Positions 49,951-64,000 of a stretch of DNA of 64,000 nt are shown piece by piece. The DNA is taken from the NCBI GenBank assembly GCA_951406725.2, contig OX597822.1, positions 58,900,001 through 58,964,000 of the forward strand, read 5' to 3'. The notes beneath the pieces are model-generated. The model saw only the letters and a program-made list of their open reading frames with translations, did not search any database and was not told where the DNA came from. Each line of letters opens with the position of its first letter. Within the stretch, counting starts at the first letter, position 1. This stretch comes from Octopus vulgaris (taxonomy: Eukaryota). The position numbers and the translations under genes are program-made.

Positions 49951-51879
49951 TATAAGACAGCACACATTGAATAATATCTAAATGAAATGACACGATGGTC
50001 ATTGATGGAATGCCTAATTCTAATTCTATCTGATTATGGTGCTAATCAAAAAGAAGAAGAAGAAGAAGAAGAAAACAAAGGTGAGCAAATACGTCATGAT
50101 ATTTAGTTATTGTTCTTCATATTCTGATTAAAAAACCCCCACTGTGGTTGACTTTCAGGGAGGTAGTGTGGATGGCTCTTTATGGGGCTCCTCAAAGTTG
50201 CTGAGAAGGAGTAATGAAGGAATCCACAAACCAAAGGCATGACCTGAACAAATATAGACTCTGTGAAAGGTACCTCAAGTACCAGATGGTGGTATTAAAA
50301 TGGCAATGGATTAAGTCTATCATCCAAATAGGTCATGAGAGGATTTGAACTCGAACCACATAGAGCTGGAACAAATACCACAAGGTATTCAGTCCAACAT
50401 TCTTACAGTTCCACCACTCCACCATCTTGGATTGTTACCTTTTTTTTTATTAACCTTGAAGGGATGAATGGCAAAGTTGACCTTGGAGGGATTTTTAACA
50501 GCAAGGCATTCATCTGATGGGTCTTTGCCTTTCATTCTTCTGATTACCCTCCTCCTCCCCCACCCCCACCATTTAATGCCCGTTTTCCATGCTGGCATGG
50601 GTCGAATGGTTTGGCAGGTGCTTGCAAGCTGGAGAGCTGCACCAGGCTTCAATTGTCTGCTTTGGCAAGGTTTCTACAGCTGGATGCACTTCCTGACACC
50701 AACTACTTTACAGAGTGTACAAAGTGCTTTTTATATGGTACCAGTACGGTTGCTTTTTATCATTTATCATTTTATCCACCCATGAACTGTTTGATCCGAA
50801 GAAGAAATTGTATCTTCATGCCTATATTAGCAGATTTTATAACAATTATGGCCATCACCATCATACATTTATTTCTTTTTGCGTTACTCTTTTTAATGAA
50901 AGTTGGCAGGGGTCCTTTGAGAGAGATAGAGATAGAGATGAGTGGAGTACATGATATGTATATGAGAGAGAGGAGCACATGTGTATATGAGAGTGAATGA
51001 TAGGAGGTGCATGTGTGAATAAATGATTAGGATGTCTGCTTATGTATCGGTGTGTTGTGTTGGTGGTAATATAAAGTGCTACAGGTAACTAATATTGATA
51101 TAACAGCAACGTACCCCTGCAGGTATGCCTCCCTACCTGTTGCTAGAGCCCTATGGTTTTGTCAAGGATTTGGGGTTGTAGTGTACCCTGATAGCATGTT
51201 GTTTCAGATTGGCAGTTAATGAAATCAACCAAAGTCCTTGATCACTCATCAGAAAAACAAAAATGAAGATTACTTTGATGGGATTTGAACTGAAGAGAGA
51301 ACAAATATTATCCAAGGTGCCATGCAGTAGGACTGAACATGTAACCATGTGGTTGCAAATCAAGTTTCTTAACTACTCCCCCATGTCTGCAACAACTATC
51401 CACATTGGCTCAATACCAACTACATATCAACTGTAACTACAATCTTTGAACATTGCCCTAATCTATATACTAAATTGTTGTTGGCATCCTTTTGTCTCGA
51501 GAGACAATAGAGTTGCACATAAACTAATCCATTCTGGTTTTTACATTTCCTGTCCTCCCTAGTTTCTTTTCCAGTCTTGCATAGGCCTGGGCTAGATGTA
51601 AGAAACTCATGGGCAGCCCAATCGTCAGAATTCCTCTCTCGACCTTGCTGATGTAGTCCAAAGAAGTGCAGAGCATTACGTTTGGCACCAGCTTGGTTGC
51701 AGGAGCTGCCGGAAGAGTGTCAAGTCGAACACTAAACCGCCTACGGGGCTCCACTCCGAATTTCTTTGAAGGTTGTTTCCTTTCCCTAACCCTGGATAGG
51801 GGCCTATAACGGGTACTGTCAGCAGGAGCCAGCTGAGCCCGGGTCGTCACTCCTTGAAGTAGTAAAGAAAATCGCTACC

Positions 51880-52180
51880 CACTACCTAAATATACTATAC
51901 TTCATCTCCATCAACAAAGAGTTACTGAAGTATGGAACAAACTACTAGCATCAGTTGTTAGTTGTCGGAGCACTGCATCCTTCAAAACTTCCATACTTTC
52001 TGAGATTCGCCAACACTACACCTGATTTTCTCCCCTCCATACACATGCAAGCATGTATCTGACTCATACACTGTTCACTTTCCAGACATTTGTACATTAC
52101 TGCATAGGCTTTATACGCACTTTTGACAAGTTATGGTGCAACTGAGCACTGTATACAATAGTTTCATTATCATTATTTTT
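51880..52180 (+). mobile_element. CR1-like LINE 3' end
   Basis: Translates VTEVWNKLLASVVSCRSTASFK (WN.LP..VV...S...FK pattern), then a 3'UTR with (ATT)-type tail. Confidence 0.6.
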
Positions 52181-53189
52181 TTAAACTTGCCATCCATTGT
52201 GATGATGGTGGTGGAGATGGTCATTAAGATAATGATGGTAGTAGTGATGATGCTACTAGTGGTGGTACTTACGGTGATGACTGGAGTGAATATAATGGTT
52301 GAGGTGATGTGGAGGAGGCGAGGGTGATGACATTTAGTAGGTGGGGGTGCTTGAGTAAGCGAGAGACAGGGGGTGGGGTAGTTTATATGAGATCGATTTC
52401 AGAGGCTAGGGAGGTTACATGTAACGGGAGTTGGCTTGAAGTCTTTTTACTTTGGCTTAACTTTTGATTTATGATTCGAGAGCACTCCACCCATGATCAT
52501 CATGTCATATCCTTGTTTATCAGACACTGTATATCTAACCCAACTGTCCCAAAAAACGTACTCTTTCGTTTTTTTTTCCTAAATAAAGACTACTGGGGTG
52601 CCACAAACATAATGGGGTGGCGACGGTGCTTGGGATGACGATGATGATGGATTTATAGTAGTGGCGATAATGGTGGTATTGGTAATGGTGGCGATGGTAG
52701 AGGTAGTTGTGGTGATGGTAGCATTATTGTTGGCTGTGATAATGATGATAATGGTGGTGGTACTATTAGTAGAGATGGTGTGCATATGTTGTGGTGGTGG
52801 TGGTGGTGATGGAAATATTTGTCTGCTGCTTACTTTAACATTCAACAAATCACCATGCTTGTTTATTCTGCTCAAGTTTCAAGTCAGTCTCACAAAGATA
52901 TTTATCACTGTAATATTATTCAGAGAATGTCTATAAATACAAATTGCTGGACGGGACGGGACGGTGGTCCTAAAGATTTTAGACCCGGTATAACGAGCTC
53001 AGATTACCCTACCCCCACCAATCCACCCCACCTCCCAGTAACTTGAAATCCAGTTCAGATAACTGAGAAGTAGGATCAAATCGATTTCAAACTATCCCTG
53101 GATGGTTGCTGGAAGAGGATTTCATCTTAATCCATGATATATTAGATTTTATTCCTGCTGCATCAGTAGTAACTCTAGTAGCAGTGTTG

Positions 53190-53226
<37 letters not shown>

Positions 53227-53318
53227 CAGCAGCAGCAGCATTTGTAGTCGTGATAGCAGTGGTAATGGTAGTAGTGGCAACAATATTTGTGGTTGTAGGG
53301 ATGATGATGGGGATGATT

Positions 53319-53385
<67 letters not shown>

Positions 53386-53435
53386 ATGAGACCAACTTCA
53401 GATTAATCCCAGAATTAGTAAATGAGAAACGAGGA

Positions 53436-53790
53436 GTTTATATGAGATCGATTTCAGAGGCTTGGGAGGTTATATGAAACAGGAATTGGCTGGAAGACTT
53501 TTTTACTTTGGCTCAACTCCACCCATGATCATCATGTCATATCCTTGTTTATCAGACACTGTATATCTCACCCAACACTGTCCTAAAAATGTACTCTTTC
53601 GTAAACAAAAAAACAAAAACAAAAACAAAAACAAAAAAAAAAACGAAAGCGTTCATTTTTAAGACAGTGTTGGGTGAGATATAAAGTGTCTGATAAACAA
53701 AGATATGACATGATGATCATGGGTGGAGTGCTTTCTAATCATAAATCAAAGTTGAGCCAAACTAAAAAAGACTTCAAGCCAACTCCTGTT
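53436..53790. repeat. Inverted repeat around a (CAAAAA)n spacer, with a third direct copy at ~52381-52570
   Basis: 53480-53603 is the reverse complement of 53643-53790; 52381-52570 matches both. Confidence 0.85.
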
Positions 53791-55099
53791 GGTTCGATAT
53801 ATAGATATACTCATACTATACTTCCCGTAGGCAGCAAGTTGGTGGAATCGTTAGCATGCCGGGCAAGCTGTATTTCGTTTGTTTTTACGTTCCGAGTTCA
53901 AATTTCGCCGAGGTCGACTCATCCTTTCGGAGTCGATAAAATAAGTACTAGCTGAGTACAGGAGTCGCTGTAATCGACTTACCCGCTTATCTGAAATTGC
54001 TGGCCTTGTGCCAAAATTTGAAACCAATATGACTACATAAATTTCTGTATAAATATTGCTCAGGCCGAATTTGAGCTCTATAAACAAAAACTGGTCAGGC
54101 TTCGATGTTGACTTTACAAAATGTCAACCTCAAATCTAACATCAGACGGAGCCAGAGACATACTTATCTCTTAATCTGACAGCTTTTTACTTGTCAAGAT
54201 ATATTTGTTTATATTGACAAATTCAACAGAAGACGACAGACACCAGTTGTTTGTTATTGTATGATCCCCACCCATCCACCGGATCAGCTGTGATCGAGCA
54301 GACTAGACTAAACGACGCATACGTCATCAGCTGAATAACTAGATGCGTTCCGGAGATCCATAATTCTGGAGAACAATACCACTGTCTAATTTAGATTTAT
54401 TTTTAATGGCTTGTTCACGGAAGGAAGGGCAATGCACCATGACACTCTTCAGTGTCTCTGTGGGGTGATGGTGGTGGCCGAGGAAGAAAGGAGGGAGTTA
54501 TTCTAAATGAGGCACCTGATCCAAATATTTGCAGGAAAATGGACAAAAGTAGTCAAGTGCCAGGCGATAATGATAAATCGGATAATGGGTTAAGTTTACC
54601 ACTTCAAAACAGGAGCATCCAATTTCATTTATTAGGCTTTGGTCAACCCAACGCTATGGTAAAGAGACTTGATCAACTGGAGTTGATCATTGTTAAGAAG
54701 TTTAAAGAGAACCTTAACGGCATTTATCTCACCGCTGTAGTACGGTTATTGTTCGCTTGTCCGTCGTTGTCGACAGTGACCAAGGACATCACATGGGAGA
54801 CAAAGACGGGGTACGGCATGTTTGGTTGTGACCGATCAGTCCGAAGCGTGCTCGGAAGGCTCTGCTGTAGGTAGGACACTGCTGGTTTGCTAGGACTGAA
54901 GGCAAGGAGCTGGCTCCAGACTTGTGTAGTTCGCAATCCTGTTATGTTCATGAGTGGTGACATCTCTGCTGGTGCAGTTTAGTCAGGTAGGGCGGGCTTG
55001 CGCTTGTGTTTTTCAGGTGTCGGAGTTGATTTCAAAGCTCTGCGCTTTCAGTACCGCCACATGTAGCAGAGTGTAGCAGAGTAGCAGATGTAGGAACTG

Positions 55100-55520
55100 C
55101 ATTTCCCAGCCTGCAACAACTTCAACCTCACAATCAGTACTCAGAAGGCAGAAATCATGTACCACCCTGCTCCACAAAAGCCGTATGTGAAACTAGCTAT
55201 CACTGTTGAAGTGGAAATCCTGAAGACTGTTAAGTTCACGTACCTCGACAACACACTCTTCAGATCTGTGAACATTGACAACAAGGTCGACACGCACATC
55301 GCGCCAAGAAGCTCAGTATTCAAGCAGCTACGTGAATTAGTGTGGGAGAGGAGGGGCATTAGGCTGGCCTCCAAGTTGAAGGTGTACCGAGGAGTTGTTC
55401 TGCCTCCTCTACTGTACGCTTGTGAGACATGCACGGTTTATGAACGCTACACCATAAAGCTAAATCGCTTCTAGATGAACTGCCTGAGAAAGCTGCTGAA
55501 AATCACCTGGCATAACCAAT
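55100..55520 (+). mobile_element. RTE-clade LINE fragment (different family)
   Basis: Translates KFTYL...VWERRGIRLASKLKVYRGVVLPPLLYACETCTVY...CLRKLLKITW, a typical RTE post-RT region. Confidence 0.85.
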
Positions 55521-57702
55521 ATCTAGCATCCACTGCGGTTCCCTGGATGCTGCGAACGTATTGACTTGACTTTCCTTTATATTTTTATAGCGTTTCTATG
55601 AATGGAGAAGTGGTAATTATACTTGGAGTAAAAACTTGCTTTTAGAAACAGCCCAGGCACAGCAGAAATGGTTAAGTTACTGTCTCTGTAATACCGTTGA
55701 TCAAGTTGATCAACGACGAAAAAGCCAACCAGTACATATCGAGTTATATAGTAGTATTTATTTTAAATACTTTTAATACACTGAGCGGAAATTTTGAAAA
55801 AGTATACCTCACTTGAATGAGTAAAATTAAACACATCTGGTGGAAGGACAGTCACAAACTGTACTAAATTTGACCCACTAATTTCATCTACTGTTTTCAA
55901 CGAATATGTTTACCGACCATCATCTTTGTCTCTCTCTCTTTGTCTCTCTCTCTCTCTCTCTCTATTTCGCTCTCTCCCTCTATATCTCTCTATTGCTCTC
56001 TGTCCCCCCCTCTCTCTCTTTTCACACACATTTATTAACCTGGTTAACCTCACTGTTCGTACAGATAAATCTATTTAGGAAATGAAGGTATTGTAACAAG
56101 GAGGAAGTGATGGAAAACATGAGGTTGGCTGATGACCAAGAAAGATGGAGGAAGGAAGTTGTGTCTCGTTGTACAGCTACACACTCATTTGCTGTGAATT
56201 TTGATTGATTAATTCTAGCAAACGTCTGTTTGGCTTTCCAGGGATAACGGACCTAAAATATTTGACAGCATAGCTCACTTTTGTCATAATAAATTAGACG
56301 TTAACACAATATAACGAGTACCATAACTCTAATTAATCTAGGCTGCACTAACTAAATACATGTACAGCTCATGTCAAGAAAACATCACTGCATCTTATTC
56401 CCTCATCACAAAGTCTGGCTTCTCTCTTTTGAGACAGAAAAGACATCAACTAACCTTCTACAAAGCTCGTGAAACCGCAATGCTGTAAGTATTGGCCTCT
56501 CCTTCCTCAGCAGGTTGCCCATCTACCACTTTGTACTCACGACTGGCAACAGTTTAAGCAGAACGTTACCAACATCAATCACACTAGTCTGGTACATTGA
56601 CAAAATAATCAACAGTACGTTGGACAATCATTGCTAAGTACTGACCAATGAAATATAACCAAGCTCTTGTCTTTCATTATCTAATATATCTTTGCTGTGG
56701 TCTCACTACAATTTTTAGAATGACTGGTAGTAACTAGTTAATGTATCAAGCACCAGTTAATTTCTCACCCTGTTAATGTGTCAAGTACAAGTGGTTGATA
56801 GTGGCCAACAGTTCCACTGGCTGAAAATGGTCAGCAAAGGTCGAAGGTACTTCTGCGGAGTTGTTGCTGTTATTACTTAGCTCTTAGGTCAACCCTGATA
56901 TTGCAGATTAATGAGATCAAATGCATTCCTTCTGTGACCATCCTGTCTTTTTTCTTCGTGTAAGGGAATCTTTATGTGTTAAGATGGGAATGATTCATGT
57001 TGCCCTAAACAGACAAGGGTAATCATGAGTGGGATACATTTAAACATAGGGATCTCTCGATAAGAGTTGACCTGAGGATAACAAAAACAATAATAAATTA
57101 ATCGCACTCTACAATAGTTAAAAGAGCGAAAAATGGCTAGAAGTGACGAATTGACAGAGTTGTCAATACGTTGGATAAAATGCCTCGTGGTATTTGTTCT
57201 GACTCCCCATGTTCTGTGTTCAAATTCTGCCGAAGTCACCTTTGCCTTTCATGCTTTCGATATCGATAAAAAAAAAAAAAGAAAAGAAATCTAGGACGGT
57301 GGATTTGCCGAACTGTTAGGACTTGATACGATGCTTGTGACAGCTTTTCTGGCTTTCTCTGTTCTCACAGTAACACTTTCGATGACATTGGTCCCGTGTT
57401 GCATTGACCCTAAACGCGTTGGCCTTTCTCTTGGGCATCAACGACGACGTGGAGAGGGGAAAATGCACGCATGGATACCTGTTAGCGTTATCATTTATCT
57501 GTTTCAGTCATTGGACTACGGTCATGCTGGGGCACCACATTGAAAGGTTTTTACTCAAAAAAGTCGATCCCAGTACTTATTTTAAAGCCTGGTACTTAAT
57601 TTTAGCCGAAACGTTAAGTTAAGGAGATGTAAACAAACCAATATTGGTTGTCAAGCAGTGGACAGGGAAGACAAGCACGAACAAAACGATACACACCACA
57701 CG

Positions 57703-57759
<57 letters not shown>

Positions 57760-58404
57760 CAAGCTTCTTTAGGTTTCTTTCAGTCTGCCAAATATACTCA
57801 AAAAGCTATTATTTATTTATCAGGGTCACCGATAGAAACGGATCCCTTTATTTTACCTATCAAAGGGACAATTAGTGATAAGGCTTCCCTTCCAACCCAA
57901 GCGAAATCGTAAAAGAATTCCAAATGCACTTCAAACAGTTGGTCTTCTGATAATACATTCTCAGTGAGGTGTTCTATTTTGAAACAGAAGTGGGTGTGTT
58001 CACAGTCAGAGCCTGTGTGTGTGTCAGTCTCTCCCCACGTCTCTTTCACTCACACGTACACATGGTCATAAAGAGTATGTTTATGTGTGTGTGTGTGTAC
58101 ATGTGAGTCTGCATGTATCATTAGGAAGTTGTTTAATACAGTGTGGGTGTATGTAAATATTATTCAGTGTCCTATGCATTCTTTGTCCGTGCGTGTGTGT
58201 GTGTATGTGTGCTTTGCCTTATGAATGTGTGCGCGCGCGCGAGTCTGCGTACTTATTTCGGATTATATGTACTCGGGTAGTGCTTTAGCACATGGCCTTG
58301 GGTAAAACAAAATACACGAGTGTCTGAAAGTCTGTTTTTGTTAGAGAAAAGTGAAAACACACAATTAAGTGTATCTGTAGTGTGAGAGTGTATATATATA
58401 TGTG

Positions 58405-58459
<55 letters not shown>

Positions 58460-59215
58460 TACTCTTTTACTCTTTTAATCTTTTATTTGTTTCAGTCACC
58501 TTTTAGTCGAACAGACCGAACCCAGAACGTATTCTTTGTAAGCCTGGTACTTACTCTATCGGTCTCTTTTGCGTAGAGACTTCAACAAGTGATGGTGGGC
58601 AGGGAGAGTGGACAAACACACACACACATATACATATACTAAATTCGCTCACTAGGCTTTGATCGACCAAAACAGAAGACATTTGGCCAAGGTGCCGCGC
58701 TGTGGGACTGAACCCAGAACCATGTGGTTGGTAAGCAAGCTACTAAGCTACTTACCACACAGCCACGCCTGCACCTATATATATATATGTGTGTGTGTGT
58801 GTGTGAGTGTGTGTGTGTGTGTGTATGTATATATATTCTTTTACTAGTTTCAGTCATTTGACTGCGGCCATGCTGGAGCACCGCCTTTAGTCGAGCAAAT
58901 CGACCCCGGGACTTATTCTTTGTAAGCCCAGTACTTATTCTATCGGTCTCTTTTGCCGAACCGCTAATGTGACGGGGACATAAACACACCAGCATCGGTT
59001 GTCAAGCAATGCTAGGGGGGCAAACACAGACACACAAACACACACATACATATATATATATATATACATATATACGACAGGCTTCTTTCAGTTTCCGTCT
59101 ACCAAATCCACTCACAAGGCATTGGTCGGCCCGGGGCTATAGCAGAAGACACTATAGCAGATGCCACGCAGTGGGACTGAACCCGGAACCATGTGGTTGG
59201 TTAGCAAGCTACTTA

Positions 59216-59309
<94 letters not shown>

Positions 59310-59866
59310 GATGTATGTATGCATGTATGTGTGAATGAATGAATGAACTTTATATATATATATATATATATATATGTGTTACGTTTCTTAATTTCTGTTT
59401 GCGCTTCTGTTGTGTGCTCGTGTATGTGTATATGAGTATGTAATGTATTTGTTTGAACATAAGAGATGTAAGATGGGTATATACGTTCGTCATCGCAATG
59501 TTTAATGTATTTTGAAGGTGAGAGAAGGGGTATTGGTGTGTGATGTATGGTAAAAGCTTAAATATGTCAGCGGCTGTTGGAAACGGTAATATAAATAAAA
59601 CAGAGAAGAGAGAGAGAAAGAAAGAAAGAGAGAGAGGGAGAGAGAGAGAGGAGAGAGAGAGAAAATTGGGGTGGATGGAAAGATAGGGTGGGAGGGAGAG
59701 GAGAGATGTGATCTGAGAGAGAACGAGCTGGGTAAGGTCAATACAGGGTGAGGTTTATATACTTACACACACACACACACACATATATAATATATGTATA
59801 TGAATATATATAGATATATTATACATACTCATATACATATGTATATGTATATATATATATATATAA

Positions 59867-59918
<52 letters not shown>

Positions 59919-60098
59919 GTGTGTGTATATATATATACACACACGTATACACACACTATGTACACAATGTGTGTGTGTGTGTACATATATATAAACACAT
60001 ATACTCAATAAATACATACACATATACAAACATACATACATGTTTGTGTGTTTGCATGGGCATATATATATATATTTATGTATATATATATATATATT

Positions 60099-60137
<39 letters not shown>

Positions 60138-60847
60138 TTATATATATACATATATATATGTATATGTATATGTGTGTGTGTGTGTGTGTGTATAATAGAG
60201 CTACAAAACGAAATAAAGAGAATGTTGTGTGCAGAGAAAAAATGGAATAGGAAAAGCTAGCGTTAGGAGCTGCAAGGAAGTAGACAGAGACAGCCGCCAG
60301 TCATAAATGATGAGAGAGAGAGTGAGAGACAACAGTCCTGAAGGATGATGAAGCAGTGTTTTGTCATCTGTTGAAAATGTGGACGAAATAACACATAACC
60401 TCTCCTTGTATACAGGAGCTAACAGGAATTGAAGAGAAGCAGACGACATATAAAAAAGTAAAAACAAAAAAAAATAACACTGGTTACCAGAAGGTGGCGG
60501 ACACACACACACACACTCATTCTTTCTCAAGGCGGGGAGCGGAATGAGGAACTGAATAGAAGCTAGATGACTGAGAATCGGTGTGGAGGACTAAATGAAT
60601 TAAAAACGCAATAGAAAGAGGAGAAAGGAAAATGAATGATAAACGATGCTCTGTTAGGGGCGGCCGCGCTAGGATACCGTCTTGAAGGGTTTTAGCTGAA
60701 CAAATCGAGCCTAGTGCTTACTTTTTTAAAAGCCTGGCTCCATTTGCTGAACAGCTAAGTTATGGGGGACATAAATAAATCAACACTCGGTTGTCAAGCG
60801 ATACTGGGGGGACAAACAGACACACAAACATATACACACACAAACAT

Positions 60848-60880
<33 letters not shown>

Positions 60881-61236
60881 CATATCTATCTATATATATA
60901 AAACTCTAGTTGTGGGGGTATATTTGCTCGACTAAAGGTGGTGCTCCAGCATGGTCGCAGTCAAATGACTGAAACAAGTAAAAGAATATACAGTCTTTAC
61001 TCTTACTCTTTAACTTGTTTCAGTCATTTGACTGCAGCCATGCTGGAGTACCGCCTTTATAGTCGAGCAAATCGACCCCAGAGCTTATTCTTTGTAAGCC
61101 TAGTACTTATTCTGTTGGTCTCTTTTGCCGAACTGCTAAGTTACGAGGAAAGGAAACACACCAGTTTCGGTTGTCAAGCGATACTGGGGGGACAAACAGA
61201 CACACAAACATATACATACATACATATATTTATGTG

Positions 61237-61299
<63 letters not shown>

Positions 61300-62292
61300 G
61301 ACGGGCTTCTTTCAGTTTCCGTCAACCAAATCCACTCACAAGGCTCTGGTCGGCCCGAGGCTATAGTAGAAGACACTTACCCAAGGTGCCACGCAGTGGG
61401 ACTGAACCCGGAACAATGTGGTTGTTAAGCAAGCTACTTACCACAGCCACTCGTGTATAAAAGTAAGGTCAAGTTCGCTACAGGGTCATTGGTTTAAAGA
61501 GACCGAATGGAGGATTCGGTGTCAACTTAGCAAGATCGACAGGCCTAGACTGTATAAAGGTGATAGACTGAGTCGTGCACTTCCTTATGATAAAAGGGAG
61601 AATGAATGTTATCAATACCTGTAACCGTATGTATGTATGTATGTATGTATGTATGTATGTATGTATGTATGTATGTATGTATGTATGTATGTATGTATGT
61701 ATGTATTATGTATGTGTGTATGTGTGTGTATGTATGTATGTATGTATGTATGTATGTATGTATGTATGTATGTATGTATGTATGAATGAATGTGTGTGTG
61801 TGTGTGTGTATATGTATGTATGTATGTATGTGTGTGCGCATGTGTTTGTCCCCCCCCATCACCGCTTGACAACCTGTGTTGATATGTTTATGTTCCCATA
61901 ACTTAGCGGTTCGGCAATAGAGACCGATAGACGAAGTACTAGGCTTTCAAAGAAAAAGTCCTGGGGATGATTTGTTCGGCTAAAATCCTTTAAGGCGGTG
62001 CTCCAGCATGGCCATAGTCAAATGACTGAAACAAGTAAAAGAGTAAAAGAATAAATAGGGAGGGGGGGGAGAGGGGAAGAGAGAGGGGGAGGTGACATGG
62101 TAACGAATTGGCAGAGATGTGAGGGAGCCGAATAGAAAACCAAGGCATTCCTTAAATACTACTGAAGTGAATTTCTTTCAATTTTCCAGGATCGTTAAAT
62201 AAAACTACTTTACTGAGGTATATTCTTTCCTCTTTGTCTGTGGAGGAAACCAGCTGAGGTCTGATCAGCCACAGACTGACAGACAGACAGAC

Positions 62293-62371
<79 letters not shown>

Positions 62372-62437
62372 ACACACAATAAGCTTCGATAGATAAATAT
62401 AATTCTTGTGGAGAAAATGATGGTAAAAAGAGGAGAG

Positions 62438-62800
62438 GGCGCAGGAGTGGCTGTGTGGTAAGTAGCTTGCTAACCAACCACACGGTTGCGGGTTCAGTCC
62501 CACTGCGTGGCATCTTGGGCAAGTGTCTTCTGCTATAGCCCCGGGCCGACCAATGCCTTGTGAGTGGATTTGGTAGACGGAAACTGAAAGAAGCCTGTCG
62601 TATATATGTATATATATGTATATGTGTGTGTGTTTGTGTGTCTGTGTTTGTCCCCCTAGCATTGCTTGACAACCGATGCTGGTGTGTTTAGGTCCCCGTC
62701 ACTTAGCGGGTCGGCAAAAAGAGACCGATAGAATAAGTACTAAAAGGTGGTGCTCCAGCATGGCCGCAGTCAAATGACTGAAACAAGTAAAAGAGTAAAA
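62438..62800 (+). mobile_element. tRNA-derived SINE family A, representative copy. Others at ~395-725, 7392-7748, 8156-8515, 9620-9985, 23215-23563, 32722-33095, 37075-37425, 37538-38295, 58478-59220, 61000-61455
   Basis: A box TGGCTGTGTGG, B box GGTTCAGTCC, CORE-like cttgggcaagtg, central (TA/TG)n tract and (gagtaaaa)n tail; many dispersed copies. Confidence 0.9.
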
Positions 62801-63285
62801 GAGAGAGAGAGAGAGAGGGAGAAGGGAGGGAGAGGTGGTGGTGGCAGAAGAGCAGGGACTATGGGTAATCATAGTGTTAATAGTAATGACGAAGTGGTGT
62901 GGAATCTGTAAGGCTTCTTTTTTCTTTTACGAGAAATGAGCTCACACTAGTTGTCCACTCCTACAATTTCTCTTTCTCGCACTTCTATTACATCGATTTT
63001 ATTTTGTTATCAATGGATGGCGAGTGAAAGACGGTTGGGATGGTGGTTGTTCAAATTCCGCCGAGGTCGACTTTGCCTTTCATCCTTTCGGGGTCGATAA
63101 ATTAAGTACCAGTTGTGCACTGGGGGTCGATAAATTAAGTACCAGTTGTGCACTGGGGGTCGATGTAATCGACTTAATCCATTTGTCCTTGTTTGTCCCC
63201 TCTGTGTTTAGCCCCTTGTGGGTAGTAAAGAAATAGGTTGTGAAGGGTATTGTAATGATAGTGATGACTGTGTATAAATGAACTG

Positions 63286-63707
63286 AGATCTTTTCGGTTT
63301 GAACGGCAGTTTTTTCTAGCGGTGTCATATGAAATTGTCACCCATAATTATGACCCTAGTATCGATCTATTGCATTTCAATCTGTTTTAAGGCTAGGGTT
63401 AGGGGTGGGGGGAAGGGTATCTTTTTTTCTTCACAAATGTAAATAAACCCAATCAGTTTCTTAAACGAGGGACATATTCATACGGCACAGAATGTTGTTT
63501 TTTTTACCTCAATAGACGTATTTGATTGGTTGAAATTGCAGAAATTGAAGAAAAAACCCCCCAAATATCTTACAAACTATAGAATTTTCTTAATAAAGCC
63601 AAGAGAAAAAGATGTTTTATAAACACATTCTACCAGTATACGAAGTTTAAAATTTTTTAGTTACCTAGAAATTATGTTAAAAACTACCGTTTAAACCGAA
63701 AAGATCC
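63286..63707. mobile_element. MITE with ~28-bp TIRs and ~8-bp target duplication (Merlin-like)
   Basis: TIRs gatcttttcggtttgaacggcagttttt / aaaaactaccgtttaaaccgaaaagatc; flanks atgaactg / atgaacta. Confidence 0.75.
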
Positions 63708-64000
63708 ATGAACTAGAAAAGATCCCCAGCACTAGAGGTGGTGTTTTTATTTTCGATCTCGGGACGATGAAAGGTCAAGTTGACTTTAACAAGATTCGAA
63801 CTCATGACACGTAGAGACCTTTCTCATTTAGGTACAAGGCCAGTCATTTTGAGACGAGGCCGGTTAGTCTACTCTATTGATACCTGAACTTGACTGTAAC
63901 TTTATTTCATCGACCACAAAAAGATGAAAAGCAATTCTACATGTTCGTTGCATTTAACTCAATGATAATAATCATTTTTCTAATTTGGGTACAAAGCCAG

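Noticed and set aside
51480-51860. Possible HDV-like ribozyme at the 5' end of a minus-strand RTE-tailed element
   Set aside because: Could not build the P1/P2/P3 nested pseudoknot by eye; would need an RNArobo-type search.
54452-54963. 140-aa and 79-aa ORFs in a GC-richer patch
   Set aside because: No recognisable domain, no ATG or splice support, and adjacent to an RTE fragment; probably repeat-derived.
59755-60260. YI/CV/HT-rich ORFs (also at 3346-3843, 33144-33503, 61545-61901)
   Set aside because: Translations of dinucleotide and tetranucleotide microsatellites.

Overview
AT-rich, microsatellite- and SINE-dense animal genomic DNA. The repeat landscape suggests a coleoid cephalopod such as Octopus (inference). 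Two convergent spliced genes are supported. ASF1 histone chaperone lies on + (coding exons 1830-1945, 14973-15149, 16506-16724; exon 1 is upstream of the window; probable long 3'UTR to ~22140). A complete LHFPL2-like tetraspan gene lies on - (coding 47840-47402, 39544-39431, 37011-36869; 231 aa). The rest is mobile DNA: tRNA-derived SINEs, RTE, Vingi, R4/Dong-like and CR1-like LINE relics, mariner/Tc1 relics, piggyBac- and Merlin-like MITEs, Helitron-like elements and tandem repeats. The main unexplained signal is three unrelated fold-back insertions (12568-13004, 37757-37970, 35991-36127), each carrying a minimal type I hammerhead ribozyme motif of the Penelope/retrozyme kind. One of them is fused to a tRNA-like Pol III head. 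Both intact ribozyme copies lie antisense to their host gene. A duplicated ASF1 exon-3 acceptor also creates a possible in-frame cassette exon. All calls were made by eye; repeat boundaries are approximate.
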